Position numbers and translations under genes: made by a program | In this document: positions 1-12,140 of the stretch, one piece after another | Layout of the letters: each line of letters opens with the position of its first letter | Position numbering within the stretch: the first letter of the stretch is position 1 | Origin: Antedon mediterranea | Lineage: Eukaryota > Animalia > Echinodermata | Direction: 5' to 3' | NCBI RefSeq assembly: GCF_964355755.1 | Contig: NC_092671.1 | Span: 2,914,001-2,978,000, forward strand | Length of the DNA: 64,000 nucleotides | The notes under the pieces: generated by a model | Told to the model about the DNA's origin: nothing | The model's database searches: none | Seen by the model: only the letters and a program-made list of their open reading frames with translations

Positions 1-902
1 GCCTTGCATAGAACCATAATGAAAGTGAATTCGTTTTGGGGCAAACTTGGTGTACGAGGCATGATAGGACTCTAAGGTACCTGAATTGAAGAATTGAGCA
101 GTGAGTAAGTAAAATGGGTTTTACACTAACGTTTAATTCTTATTGTCTACACAAAAAACATTTCACACCCACCAGTATGCTTAAATTCTCCAAGTTGACC
201 AAGATCATTATCTAATCTTTTATCCAGTACAATTTTTTTCAAAGCATCATAGGCTGGCGAATCATATTCTAGCCATATCTTGCTTTCTGCTTCTTCTTCT
301 GTTAGGGCACTGTGTGCACAGGTATTCTCAATCCCATCTTCCTCCCATCTGTGAACATTTACCACGTGATTTAAAATTGATTTCCACCTGTTTTTGAGTA
401 CCTAAACATTAGTAAAAAAATAGTGTAAAGCTCAATTTAGAGAATGATGATGATGGTGCTCTTTTTTCTTTTATACTAGTATAAGAGCAGTTTATATAGT
501 ACTGCAATATTTTTTATTGGACACAACTTTATTTTTATTTCTGTATTAATTATATAGTACTTATTAATAATAAACACAGTATAAAGCAGAACTGATTTTT
601 TAATTTTGAGTATTTTATATATCAATTATCAATATGATGATGTACATAAATATATATTTTTGTTTTGTTTACAGTATATTGACAGGGCTTGTTAAGCACA
701 TCACAAGATGAGAGTTTCATTACTTTTGCTTTTCCTCTTCACCCCTGTCGATTGAAAAAAAAATTCACTAGTGGTCATACCTGGACATCACCTTTACAAG
801 TTGCACAACAGAACCACAAATGGTTTGTTATGCTCTTGGTCCACAATAATAGGTGCTCATTTCCCTTCTTTTTACCACTTGCCAAGACTTTCTTTTTAAT
901 GC
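1..902 (-). CDS. Transposase downstream exons (781-902, about 173-401, 1-80)
   Basis: GIKKKV...SITNHLWFCC; RWKSILNHVVNVHRW...FKHTG; TLESYHASYTKFAPKR (catalytic Glu region). Splice phases are consistent. Confidence 0.8.
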
Positions 903-1190
903 CTGAAATATTTGATAAAATATACAATATAGTATTAGTAAAACAATTTATGAACTTTACAAACATGATTACAGTATATACTGTACTCGCTGGTGCTACA
1001 CTAGTAGACTAGAAGAAGTGTCAATTGAAATTACACTGTGCGAGATGAGATAGATTAGAGCAAACTCATATAATGCTCATTTGTACAATATGTATATGGT
1101 GCTTATTTATATACTGATGAGAGTAAAAAAAATGAAGGATTTAATTTGGTTTTAGTTTGTTAGAGAATTATTTTACTGTATCAATCATAC

Positions 1191-2007
1191 CTTTACAAAC
1201 ATGCCAGCAATCAAGCTGATGTGATATCTCCCAGTATTCGTCCTTCATAACTTTTCTGATTGATGGTGATCTGTCAGTTGTGATTGTTTTGATGTTGATG
1301 CCATGACCCAACAAAAACTCTAAACTTCTGATGAAACCTTCCTTTTCCATTGCTACTGAGCTGGAACATTCCGTCACTTGTATCAGCCGAGCATCAACAA
1401 TTTTGTCACTTTTCTCTTCAATAAAAGAGTACGTAGAATATTTTGCGGAATACCCTGGCGAGTCTGACCGGGCGTCCCCCAAAATTGAGATAGTCTCATT
1501 ATCCAAACTTCTTAAAATGAGTTCGGCAATCATCACATCTTGTTGTTCCTTATATGCTTCATTTATGACTGGCAACAAATAACATTTTTGAATTTGATAA
1601 AAACTTGATGATGATAAAAAATGCATATCAAGAATTTTAGCAAAATTATTAATTGCTTGATATGTGTTTCCACTGTACAAAATAGCAGAGGCTGTAAGTA
1701 AATTGATTTCTGCCATTCCACGAACATCTGGACAGCTTTCCCATTTGCCAAAGTGATATTCAGTACATTGCCAATGTACAATTATTTTTGCTCCCCTGTA
1801 TAACACATTTGTTGATATTATCTTCTGACCGCATTCTTGGCATCGCTTAAACATTTCAAGCACACTATCAACATTGACTATCACTTTTCCTGTAACATTA
1901 TCATCTACTACTTCTATTTCTTCTTCAGAGGAAGAAGAACTGTCCTCTTCTGGTATCCATCCCATCGACTCATTTCCATGTGATGATGAAAAGCTTACAT
2001 TTAAGTC
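1191..2007 (-). CDS. Transposase core exon (Zn ribbon and first two catalytic Asp)
   Basis: Acidic linker, CQECG...CTEYH, GDARSDSPGYSAKYSTYS, TTDRSPSI, HQLDCWH. AG/GT boundaries, phase 0 to 1. Confidence 0.85.
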
Positions 2008-2668
2008 CTGTAAAATTATAATATTATATAGTTTACAGAATTTGATATTACATACACTACGCATTCACAAGTTGGTGAAGATAGATAAACCATAAATAAT
2101 CATACCTCATCATCATTGCCATGTACTGATTTTTTTTCTTGGACATCATGTGATGTATGCGATGATTCTGAGCCTGTGAAAAACTAAATATATTTATTTT
2201 TCTTTAATACCATTTCTACACAGTAACAAAAAATAGAATTGTTTTTTTAAACTATAGTTAGTGTTAATTGTTGTTGTTCTCAATCACCAAATGATGGCTA
2301 GTAGTTAGTAGGCCTAGTTAGTAGTAATCATCATTATAGCATTTTTCATTAAAAAAAAATAATGCACTAAGAAAGGGCCTATCTCTAGCTAGTAGTAGTA
2401 GTAATACTATCTAGCATAGGCCTAGGCTATATTTTTTCTTGTTTGGATTTATAGGCTAGGCATAGCCTAAAATCCCTAGGCCTATATCATAAATGTAATA
2501 TTTTAATAATGTACAGAGTAGTAGGCCCAGTCAATTGTTAATTTTTTTTTAGGCTTAGCCTAAACATAAAAAGAAAAAAAAAACTTATTAGGCCTATAAT
2601 TTACTTTGATATATTAGGCCTAATTATTAATATTATTGTTCTGGTGGTAAATTCATCATTGTTCTTAC

Positions 2669-3031
2669 CGATTCTTGATTACCAGCCTCCTGTCTTTTTT
2701 TAAATGCACTTCTCATAGTTGTACTACTAGGTTTGTTAAATGCAAATATACTTGGTACTGCGTCAGGTTTCAGGCGGTGTTTTGGCTTGTAAAGATGCGG
2801 AGCTAGATCGTGTTTTGGGTCAGGTAGGTAATCTGACTTCATGAAGTGCTTTCCACAAACTCGCAAAGTTCTGTATGTCGACGGCTTACAGCCGGGATTC
2901 AAATTAGCGTTTCTAATAACAGTTAACCATCTTCTGGCCAACGCCTTATCATTTGGAAAAGTATGAAAGGGTATTCCATCTAATCGGGCTTTTTCGTATT
3001 CCCAACAATTTGAAACAACACACGCCGGCAT
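2669..3031 (-). CDS. Transposase exon 1: THAP zinc-finger domain
   Basis: MPACVVSNC...FHTFP...RRWL...RVCGKHF...LKPDAVPSIF is the C2CH THAP signature with an AVPSIF box. GTAAG donor at 2664-2668. Confidence 0.9.
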
Positions 3032-3899
3032 TTTCAGTTCCCTCTCTCTACTACTACTCTACACAATGTTGATCACACCACCGTCACACACACGAGAGGA
3101 GGAGGAAGCTCGCACACGGCCCAAAAATCGCTAGCTAGCAGAGAAAAAGTTTTGAGTCCGATATGGTTGAATGATTCCAGAACGTCATACGTCATGTTTC
3201 TACTAGCTACTCTTCGGGTCCCATAGACAAGTCTCGCAAAGCGCGAACATTTCTAGTAAACACACTTTTTAAATAAATCGTAAAAATTATAAAAGTTGAA
3301 TTGTTTTATTGTTTGTTTTGTCTATCTGGATATTGAAGTGTTTCTTCAAAATACCAGGAAAACATTTTGGCAAATTTAAGTAATTTAAAAGGTTAAATAA
3401 GCAATTGAAGTGACGGTACCTATCTATTGTATGGTAACAACAGCGAAAACTCATTAAGTAGATTATGCGATGCACCTGTGACGTCACAGCAATTTACGGC
3501 GACGGCTGTACGGCGAGCGCGTGCGGCGATATCCTCGATTTCGCGATGGTTCTGAAATCATATGTATACCCCTAATACGTTTTTAAAATATGGTCCTCGG
3601 TACAGTTGTCCTTTAAGAATGGGCAGAAACGACGTGGCAACTTGTACCATCAACAGTTAATTGTAAATAGTAACCAGCATTACTGTATCATCGTTCTCAC
3701 ATTCTCGTCACCATCCTAATTCTCAACAACATCATCACCACTATCCTTCTATATAATTATCCTCGCCAACTCCAAATTTTTATCACCATCACCTCTCTCT
3801 CCTACTCAGCATCATCCTCCTACTCCTCCTCCTCATTCTTATCATCGTTATAATTGATAGAAACAGCCGTATATTCTTAACGTGTAAATAACACCTCAA

Positions 3900-4046
3900 C
3901 TACTAAATAAACCTGTACTTGGGAGGACACTTTCCCATGAAACAAAAATGTTTTTACCACTAAAGATACGGCCATTCAATGGACACCTTTTAAGTGAACA
4001 CTTTGTTTGGTCCCGAAGGTTTCTCCTTAAATAAGGGTTCTACTGT
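3900..4046. mobile_element. Degenerate Tc1/pogo-like MITE
   Basis: Ends in GGTTCTACTG|TA, the same terminus as the copies at 48622 and 52282-52424. Confidence 0.45.
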
Positions 4047-4559
4047 ATCTATGTCAAAATGATATCCAAATGATATCCATCGATAATGAAATTAGGCATG
4101 ATATTTGTATACAAAAATGATCGTTGACTTTCAATAATATTACAACCATCCCCCAGGCCTTTCTTAATTGCTATCAAGTTTGTCCAACAATCCCTCGATA
4201 ATTCACCAATCCTGGTTTGATGCTAATGTGTCGTATAGTATCCTTTGTTGTATCAATCAATAAACTATAATCATGTTTTAATTAATCAAATTAATTTTAT
4301 TATTATTAATATTAATTTGTACACGAAAATGTGTCGTTTCACACGTCAAAAGTTGCTACATTTCATTTTCATGGAGAAATACATGGATGCATATAGGCCC
4401 TATCACATGACAACATAACAATGTGTACGCGCGCGTTCAAATGTTGTACCATTAATGTATCGTCGAAGTTAACAGTTAAGGAAGTGATGAAAGTTTAATT
4501 GCATACATACCGTGCCCTACTAAGTAGGAGTGACGTAATTAATCATTATAAATCATCAT

Positions 4560-5540
4560 TAGCTATAATATAACATAAAATAAAAACGTACCTGCACAGA
4601 ATAGCTATTTACCACAAACACCTGGCTTTCAAGTCCCTTTCAAGTCCCTTTCTAGTCTAGGCCCACAAAACAGACACATTTTATATAGGCCTAGCTTTAT
4701 AAACATACCTTATTCCTTCATCACATTTTGGTGGTAATCAATTGCTTGGTAGCGGCCTTAGGTTGCTATTTTTGTAGTCTGGTCAGTTTATATTCCATTA
4801 ACAAAGATTTTCTCTTAATACTTAATTAAATCAATGGAGTAATATTACTCCATGATTAAATGATCTGGGCCAAATGTCCAGCTAATTTGATTTCGTCACG
4901 CTCTATTATCTTGATAAATGTTTGTACTTTTGTGATTGACATCTGGGGCTTTCACAAAATAATGTGCTCCGATTGGTCGCTGTCAACCAGCGTGAATGAC
5001 GTATGTAAACGTTTTAAAATAGCAATCAATCAATATCAATCAATAATTATGCCAAATGAATTTTTTATTCAATATCGTATTTTGTGAATTCTTCTCTCTT
5101 AAACTTAGTGATTGTTTACAATCATATTACCAAAATTGCTTCAAAATCACAACAAAAACTAATTAAAACTTCAAAACATATTAATCAAAGCATCGGTAGG
5201 CCTATGATAATTTTACCATAAATATAAATTCGGCACTCATATGGGTTAAAAACGATATGTGTATAATGGTAAAGGTGCCTATCGCCAATTGGATAATGTC
5301 GTTTCCATGTGAGGAGAACAGGTAGGCCTATACGTGACGTAAAGCGACGTCAAGTAAGAGAAACATCAAATTTCGTCTCTGTCCCGTTGCTGCGTCAAAC
5401 GTCTTCCGTCGATTAAGTAAAATTGTCTTGATAACAAAAAATGATATCGAGAAAGGAGTTGTAACAGAAATTATAGGTAGGTGGTACGGCACTGTGGAAT
5501 ACAATTTTATATTATTATGTGGGGACGGAAAGGTTGCATT
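4560..5540 (+). repeat. Diverged duplicated block, copy A (copy B at about 36770-37895)
   Basis: Colinear matches such as TAGGCCTAGCTTTATAAACATACC, ATTATGCCAAATGAATTTTTTATTCAATATCGTATTT, ATTTCGTCTCTGTCC and AAAGGTTGCA. Confidence 0.85.
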
Positions 5541-5559
5541 TTTTTTTGCATAACAACAA

Positions 5560-6945
5560 TTATGGAAGGAAGTATTGGCACGACATAGATTAGAGAAAGA
5601 ACAAGTTAATGTTGATATTAAAAATGAATTATTCAAATCAAATGTTAAAACAGGTTTTTATGATAAGTTTATATTTGAACTAAAGACAGTGCCAATCTCC
5701 CAAGTAAAATGGAAAGCAGAGTTTTTAAATAAGACTATGGTATGGAACAAAATATGGAATAATAAAGTCAAAGATATGAAACATATGGTAAAAGTTGCGC
5801 AATTCAATTTTAAACTTTTACATCGCATACTTGTTTGTAATAAAAGATTACATATTTGGAAATTGTCTAAAACTAATAGTTGCGATAGATGTAAGAATGT
5901 GATAGAAAACGAAGAACATATGTTACTTAAGTGTAAAGTGATTAAGCCAGTTTGGAGGAAATTCAATAATCTTATTGTTGAATGTTTTCCTAATGAAACG
6001 CCAATACATTGGTTTGATATAGTTACTGGTTCCAAAGATAAACTTGTAAATGAGCTAACATCTATCTTTACGTTTTGTATATACAAAATCCCGCATAAGG
6101 CTTAGTTTATTAGATAACATGATGGGTAACGAATCAAAAAGTATCTTGAATATGTTTAAGTTTGAATTAAAAAATCTTATAAAAAATGAATACGCATGTA
6201 ATCAGTATAAAGCAGTTATAAAATGGAATGATGTTAAAATGAAATTACAGTAATAGAATTCATAAAATAAGAAAAATATAAAACTAGTACAAGCTGTAGT
6301 GTAAAACTAACACCTAGACTTATACTAAAACTAATACATGATAGAAATAAATGTATTAGGGTAAAAAACACACTGTCAAACATATAAGTAAACAAACTGG
6401 TAAATGTAAAGGGCCAACATAGTAAGAAAAGAACTTTAAAGGAAGAGAAATAGTGGAATGAAACAAATGTTATACAAGGCCAAAACATAAAAAGTAGCAT
6501 ATAATGTGTTTATAATAACTATATTAAACTGATTCGTAAATGTAAACAGGTATATTAATGTGTGTATGTGTGTATATATTTGTAACGGATGTAATATAAG
6601 GTAAAAAGAAATAAAGAAACAAATTGTGAGTACTGATTTAAGATATAATAAAAGAAACACCTACTTTTTAATACATTTCTTAATATAAAGTAAATTTAAA
6701 TGATAAATAGTCGTACTTTTACTATAACTTGCAATAAACATAAAATGTACGTTTTTAAAGCATACTTTTACTCCATCGATTTTATGTACATGTATAGATA
6801 TAGTGCCTTTTTAGCTGTTATATTGAATTTTATTGTTCTTTATTTTTATAAAAATGTATGTATGTTATATAATATATATTTGTAAAAGGAATGAATAAAT
6901 GTGGGTGACCCCCACGAAAGAGAGAAAAAAAAATTAAAAAAAATA
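5560..6945 (+). mobile_element. 5'-truncated L1/Tx1-clade LINE (C-terminal zinc-binding region, 3' UTR, poly-A)
   Basis: ORF 5575-6105 FNFKLLHRIL...CDRC...EEHMLLKC is a zf-RVT-type CCHC domain. AT-rich 3' UTR, AATAAA near 6894, then an A-rich tail. Confidence 0.8.
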
Positions 6946-7338
6946 ATGGAACAAACGTTAGTACAGTTGGCACCTGCATGAATAGGCCTACTACAATATT
7001 TTACCATATCACCCTAGAGAAATGCAATATAATAGGCCTACCATCCGGTCAAAATCGGAATGACCACAACAATAAAAATAACAATTATTAAAATTAATAC
7101 GACGAGTTTTATCATAAATAATTAAGGGTTTCGACTATCATCTCACCAGGTATATTTGAAGATATCAATCTACTCAATAACATATTCTCGAACCAAACAC
7201 GAAAAAATGGCGACACGGACAGGATCACAGAAACACCAACAAAATAGCAGGAAAGTAGAGAGAATGTGATTTTGGGCGACCTTCATTAAGTCAACCTATA
7301 TGGATAAAACATTCAATATTTAATATATATTATAATAT

Positions 7339-7575
7339 AAGATCATTCAATACACGATTACTCGATGGTATAGAAAGTTAGTACATACTTTCGGTACTGT
7401 TGTGAGAACAAGAACACTGATTCAGTTAGATAATTATTAGTTATTGGGATTAAAACTAATTTTAGTTGAACGATGTGTCTAATGGTTGCCGATGCTGAAA
7501 CATACCGCACACATTAGACGAAGATGCTTCGCATTTATTTACTTCTCTTCCTATTATACAATAATTGTTTTTAAT
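7339..7575 (+). repeat. Dispersed repeat, also at about 27096-27705 (interrupted there by a MITE)
   Basis: Shared TACTCGATGGTAT...ACTTTCGGTACTG...GATTAAAAC...GATGCTTCGCATTT...ATAATTGTTTTTAAT. Confidence 0.7.
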
Positions 7576-7627
7576 CGACGGTAATCGCGATCGTTGACAA
7601 CCGCAAGAGTTGAATCAAGGCAAGCTG

Positions 7628-7908
7628 TAATAATAATATCCTGGATTTATATAGCGCCTAATGTTGTGATCCTCTAAGCGCTGAACATTATTACCCCAGT
7701 CATTTTTTCCTGATCAAACAAACTAGTAATCAGCGCAAAGTTGTGTCTTGATCTAACCGGGTTCCCGTTTATACACCTGGGTGGAGAGAGGCAAACGTAA
7801 GTAAAGTATCTTGCCTAATGATACAAGCAATGCGGCGGGAGTTGGATTCGAACCTCGATTTCACGACCCACCAGTAGTCGAACGTTCAACACACTGCGCC
7901 ACACGCCC
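7628..7908 (-). mobile_element. tRNA-derived SINE with CORE-like centre and L2-type 3' tail
   Basis: Minus strand: A box TGGCGCAGTG, B box GGTTCGAATCC, core TTAGGCAAGATACTTTAC...CTCTCTCCACCCAGGTGTATAAA, tail AGCGCTTAGAG...GGCGCTATATAAAT...(TAT)n. Confidence 0.8.
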
Positions 7909-8899
7909 TTATAATTTCCAATAATGGTATCGTAACAGACTTTGATCTGCGGTTAGGCTTCGACGAATTCATACATTTATGTACACCATACGTTGACTTG
8001 TTTTTGTTGCTACAGTATTTGATTGTATTTCAGTACATTAAAAGGTCTTATGTGTCTTATTTTTAACGAATATGAAGTTTTAATAGGCATCTCATTTTTA
8101 AAATTGATTGAAAATCAAATAGACACAATATATTGACAAATCTAAAGTGTTTAGTTTCCATGCAAACCATTCAACAATACTGTAGGCCCTACATTAGGTT
8201 ACGATTGACGTAAAGCAAAAAACAATGTACTATGTTTATGTAGTTTATTTCAAATTATCTATGCAAAGAATAAATTTGTTTTTAGGAAAATGTATTTTGC
8301 TTACGTTTCCCGAAAAATTATGTATAGTTAGTTAACATTAACATTGATTAGTTTCTATCAATGGTAAAGCAATACAATAAAATGTACTTTTTCAGTAAAA
8401 AAGTACAATGTTGATAATGTTTTATTTTATTGAAATATATCTGCAAATTATAAATTTGTTTTTTTAAAATGTATTTTCCTTACGTTTCCCGGCAATTTGA
8501 GAACAGATTTTTCTACACTGTCGGTCGGGTCCGCTGCACCTATCCCTACAACGACCGCCACCACCTTTAAAAAAAATTAAACAAAAATATTAAAACTTAT
8601 CATGCGGTTAAACAAATAAATAAAATTCATTCATTAAATACAAATATTAAAGCTGTTTGAACGAATTTAAAAATTGTATTGACATGATTTAATTGTAAAT
8701 AATTTGAAAATAATTATAGTCTTAAATTAAATTCATATACTGTCTCTTTAGGCCATATGACATGTTTAACGTCAAAATCATCTATGTCGCGTCTTTCTTT
8801 TTTAAGACAGTAGGCTAGTTGAATTGGAATGATCAGCGCAGCCTACAATCGTGTACACGATACAACATAAGGTAGAAACCAGTAATTATTTTTATTACG

Positions 8900-8975
8900 A
8901 TAATGGTTAGGACATCTGCATATCAAGCAGAAGGTTCCGGGTTCGAATAATGGTTGGGGTGATTTTTTCTCATTC
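8900..8975 (+). repeat. Degenerate tRNA-derived repeat head (second copy at about 58535-58612)
   Basis: TCTGC-ATATCAA-GCAGA hairpin, GGGTTCGA B box, then TTTTTCTCATTCT in both copies. Confidence 0.5.
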
Positions 8976-9253
8976 TATATATATATGTATATAAATCACA
9001 CTGTAAATTATAGAAACAGTGCTCATATTCGGAACATGATCTCATAATCGCGTCGAGCATAGCTCATTATATATAATTTACACAGTGCTACGCAACACAA
9101 TTGATTTACATATACACAATATTTAGAAAAAAACCGTTACGTATTAAAGTTGGAATTTATTCTGACTTGTTAGGCCTCCACTGATTGTGAGGGCGTTTGT
9201 TGTATATGAGAGAATGTATCTGGTGGGTGAAAATCTGTTATAATACCATATAT

Positions 9254-9325
9254 GGCTCTGTGGTCTAGTGGTATGATACTCGCCCTGTAAGCGAGAGGTT
9301 GCAGGTTCGAAGCCCGCGAGAGACA
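9254..9325 (+). pseudogene. tRNA-like pseudogene (tRNA-Pro-like body, TGT at the anticodon position)
   Basis: 72-nt cloverleaf with a perfect CTCGC/GCGAG anticodon stem, A and B boxes and a T6 terminator at 9326-9331. It has two acceptor-stem mismatches, one T-stem mismatch and C33. Confidence 0.65.
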
Positions 9326-9367
9326 TTTTTTCATACAACAACAAAATACGGAACTTTCGCCAATGAG

Positions 9368-9398
<31 letters not shown>

Positions 9399-9434
9399 AT
9401 AACAGCAGAAAACTTGGTTACTTCATTGTTTTAA

Positions 9435-9490
9435 TCACTACAAATTTGTTTCGTACGACCAGCATGTAGCTGGCCGCACTCTTCAGGTGA
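9435..9490 (-). ncRNA. Type I hammerhead ribozyme (inverted copy)
   Basis: Exact reverse complement of 10253-10308. Confidence 0.85.
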
Positions 9491-9799
9491 AATATAAAAC
9501 ATAAGTGACACAGTTGTCTCATAGTGCTTAATAGAAGTGAGTCATCAGGAAGTCGTATACAATAGCCTATTGTTTTAGATAAACTGTTTGGATCTGCAAT
9601 TTAGTAAGAATTTTTTCCTATGTCTACAAGTAGAGACTAACTCGTTCTTACGGTTCAGTGAGCATAGCTCTGGTTGACATATAATAACATACTTTTCATA
9701 TATACATAAATTACATCTTTTGTTAATATTTGAGTAAGGTTTGCATTTCTTTATAATTTTCCATTTAATTGAGTAATTTGTTTTAGAGTCTTTAAGTGA

Positions 9800-10168
9800 A
9801 AAGTAAAGAGAGAAGATTCATCAAAAGAAGAAACATATGTCGGACTAACTGAAAACCAGTTTAAAACTAGATACAGAAACCATACGTCTTCATTCCGGAA
9901 CGAAAAATTAAGAAGTGCAACGGAACTCAGTAAATATATATGGACACTTAAAGACTCTAAAACAAATTACTCAATTAAATGGAAAATTATAAAGAAATGC
10001 AAACCTTACTCAAATATTAACAAAAGATGTAATTTATGTATATATGAAAAGTATGTTATTATATGTCAACAAGAGCTATGCTCACTGAACCGTAAGAACG
10101 AGTTAGTCTCTACTTGTAGACATAGGAAAAAATTCTTACTAAATTGCAAATCCAAACAGTTTATCTAA
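9800..10168 (+). pseudogene. Penelope GIY-YIG endonuclease C-terminal fragment (no start codon)
   Basis: ETYVGLTENQFKTRYRNH...ATELSKYIW...WKII...RCNLCIYEK...LNRKNELVSTCRH. The CxLC...CRH tail resembles Naiad-type PLE endonucleases. Confidence 0.85.
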
Positions 10169-10252
10169 AACAATAGGCTATTGTATACGACTTCCTGATG
10201 ACTCACTTCTATTAAGCACTATGAGACAACTGTGTCACTTATGTTTTATATT

Positions 10253-10308
10253 TCACCTGAAGAGTGCGGCCAGCTACATGCTGGTCGTACGAAACAAATT
10301 TGTAGTGA
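10253..10308 (+). ncRNA. Type I hammerhead ribozyme
   Basis: TCAC-CTGAAGA-[GTGCGGCCAGC/GCTGGTCGTAC stem II]-GAAAC-AAATTT-GTA^GTGA. Intact core, palindromic loop 3, predicted cleavage after 10304. Confidence 0.85.
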
Positions 10309-10408
10309 TTAAAACAATGAAGTAACCAAGTTTTCTGCTGTTATTTTATTTATTTATGCTCTACCTTGGTATTGAGCACTCTATCCAAACGGTCTGAAAA
10401 TTTCAACC

Positions 10409-10446
<38 letters not shown>

Positions 10447-10849
10447 CCAAACAAATTACTGAAAAAATGACAATGCTGTGGCTGGATCTCAATGGAGAAC
10501 TTTCGGGCAACACTAGCCCTTCATCATCTATATTTTACGTATCTCCTCCAAAACCACTGAATGGTACGTGCATATCATAATTAATTTAACCATATAATAT
10601 CTCTATGATTTAACTCACGGTTTCTATAACACCGCCACGCTTGTCCTTCTGAGCACGTTTTACACTTGTTTTCCCCTCTTTTAATTGTAGTTGGTATTTC
10701 TGTGTTGAAGTAATTGTTATTTGGAAGTAGTTAGTATTGTGCACAAGGTTTTGTGAACAATGCATATAGCCCTATGATACGCTCTAAACCAACGATTGGA
10801 CACTGATACAAGAGCCACTATTAAGGGACACCATCAATCAAACATTTTT

Positions 10850-11133
10850 GTAACACACCTGTATTCTAGCAATTTTGATTGGTCAATTACGCATCACGTG
10901 TCATTTGGAATTAGCGCTTTTTAATGAAAAGGTGATATCTAATGGTGAAAATGAACGGCTCTATGGACGTTCAGCTTTCTGTAAACATTTTGAGAATTTT
11001 TGCCACACGACATTATTGATTGATAGCGTTCGGAAATCAACTTGTCTATAACTGTTAAATGAGAGTAGGCCCTAGTCAATTTTTCAATGAAATATTCTCA
11101 CCATTCAACTCATAAACATTAATTATTTGTATA
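10850..11133 (-). mobile_element. Non-autonomous element, possibly Crypton-like (related copy at 62961-63381)
   Basis: Both ends match the 62961-63381 element in reverse: TAACACACC...TTTGATTGGT and TATTCTCACCATTCAAC...CATAAACA...TGTATAA. Confidence 0.5.
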
Positions 11134-11704
11134 ATATTGCCCCAATATTGCGCAAAAAACAAGGATACCGGTATTGAAGCTAAAGAGTTTCCATGCCCTG
11201 AATGTTTGAAAGTAGTACAATAGTATTAACAAATTTATATATATTTTTTTTATTTATTTTTTTTTTTATTTCATTTCAACACATACATAATAGAAAATTA
11301 ATATATAAAGGCAACGTAACTATTAAAACGATATAATACTCTCTCAAAAATAAGAGAGTAATGAAATTAAAGAAAAAAAAATAATGTATCGCAAAAATAC
11401 ACTTTATAATAATCATTTTGTTAATAATATGGTTGCCTTGTATTTTTGGTAAATGTGAAATAAATGATTATAATTAAGTAATTGTTTTTTTTTATTTTGC
11501 AACTAAAATATGTACCACTTTGTAATTAAAATTAAAATGTTTGCATCACTGTGTGTTTTTCCAAAACCAAAACATATACTTTCTTTGCTGATAATTAAGT
11601 TATTGTTGATAACAAATTTATATTGTCACTTGTTCGTTTCAAAGTTTCGCTTAGAAAAGGAGAGCAGCTATCTGCGATTAACAATCATCAGTTAAATGTT
11701 TTGA

Positions 11705-11825
11705 AGATGTATTGTCCCCCAAACACATGAAAAGTAAGATTAACAAAATCAAACTTTGAATAGGCCATTTTCTACTTTGAATAAATGAATTACCTTCGTA
11801 GAATATAAACTGTTAAAAATTCAAC
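11705..11825. mobile_element. Truncated Kolobok-type MITE end
   Basis: AGATGTATTGTCCCCCAAACACATG matches the terminal repeat of the 43477-43785 and 50181-50605 family. Confidence 0.6.
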
Positions 11826-12025
11826 CAAAAAAGCGTTCGACACTGTCAATCATGGAATATTATTGAATAAGTTAAGTGCATATAATATAAGAGGGTTAAC
11901 ACTAGTTTTATTAAACAAATATTTGTATAATAGGTGTTAGTGTAAATAGAATTAGAATAATGAACGGCCAAACTTGTAAATTACCGCAATGGTCTGTCTT
12001 ATCTATGTCAATGATATTGTAAAAT
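11826..12025 (+). pseudogene. Decayed LINE reverse transcriptase fragment
   Basis: Translates KKAFDTVNHGILLNKLSAYNIRG and, further on, LIYVNDI. Interrupted by stops. Confidence 0.7.
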
Positions 12026-12140
12026 TCTTTCACGCCGCTCTGTTAGCAGTTATATTCAAGAGAACGGAAGAATTAAGAAACATATTATTGTTTGAAGGTT
12101 CCAGTGAGTACTACAAAACGCCGACATAAAAGTATTTTTA

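Larger units (their letters stand above)
1..3612 (-). mobile_element. Kolobok-like DNA transposon, 5' part (continues off the left edge of the window)
   Basis: Spliced THAP plus DDE transposase gene on the minus strand. The terminus reads TTAA|AGGACAACTGTA on the minus strand (TTAA at 3613-3616), matching the Kolobok TTAA target and purine-purine start. Confidence 0.7.
9391..10411 (+). mobile_element. Penelope-like element fragment with inverted pseudo-LTR, inserted in (TA)n
   Basis: 408-bp inverted arms at 9391-9798 and 9945-10352 (two mismatches seen). GIY-YIG C-terminal coding segment. (TA)n flanks at about 9368-9391 and 10412-10443. Confidence 0.9.

Noticed and set aside
10196-10240. Second hammerhead or SECIS starting at CTGATGA
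   Set aside because: No GAAA core after the putative stem II and no convincing SECIS stem. The visible ORF has no in-frame UGA.
10465-10563. Possible plus-strand exon (MTMLWLDLNGELSG...) ending at a GTACGT donor
   Set aside because: No partner exons or homology recognisable.
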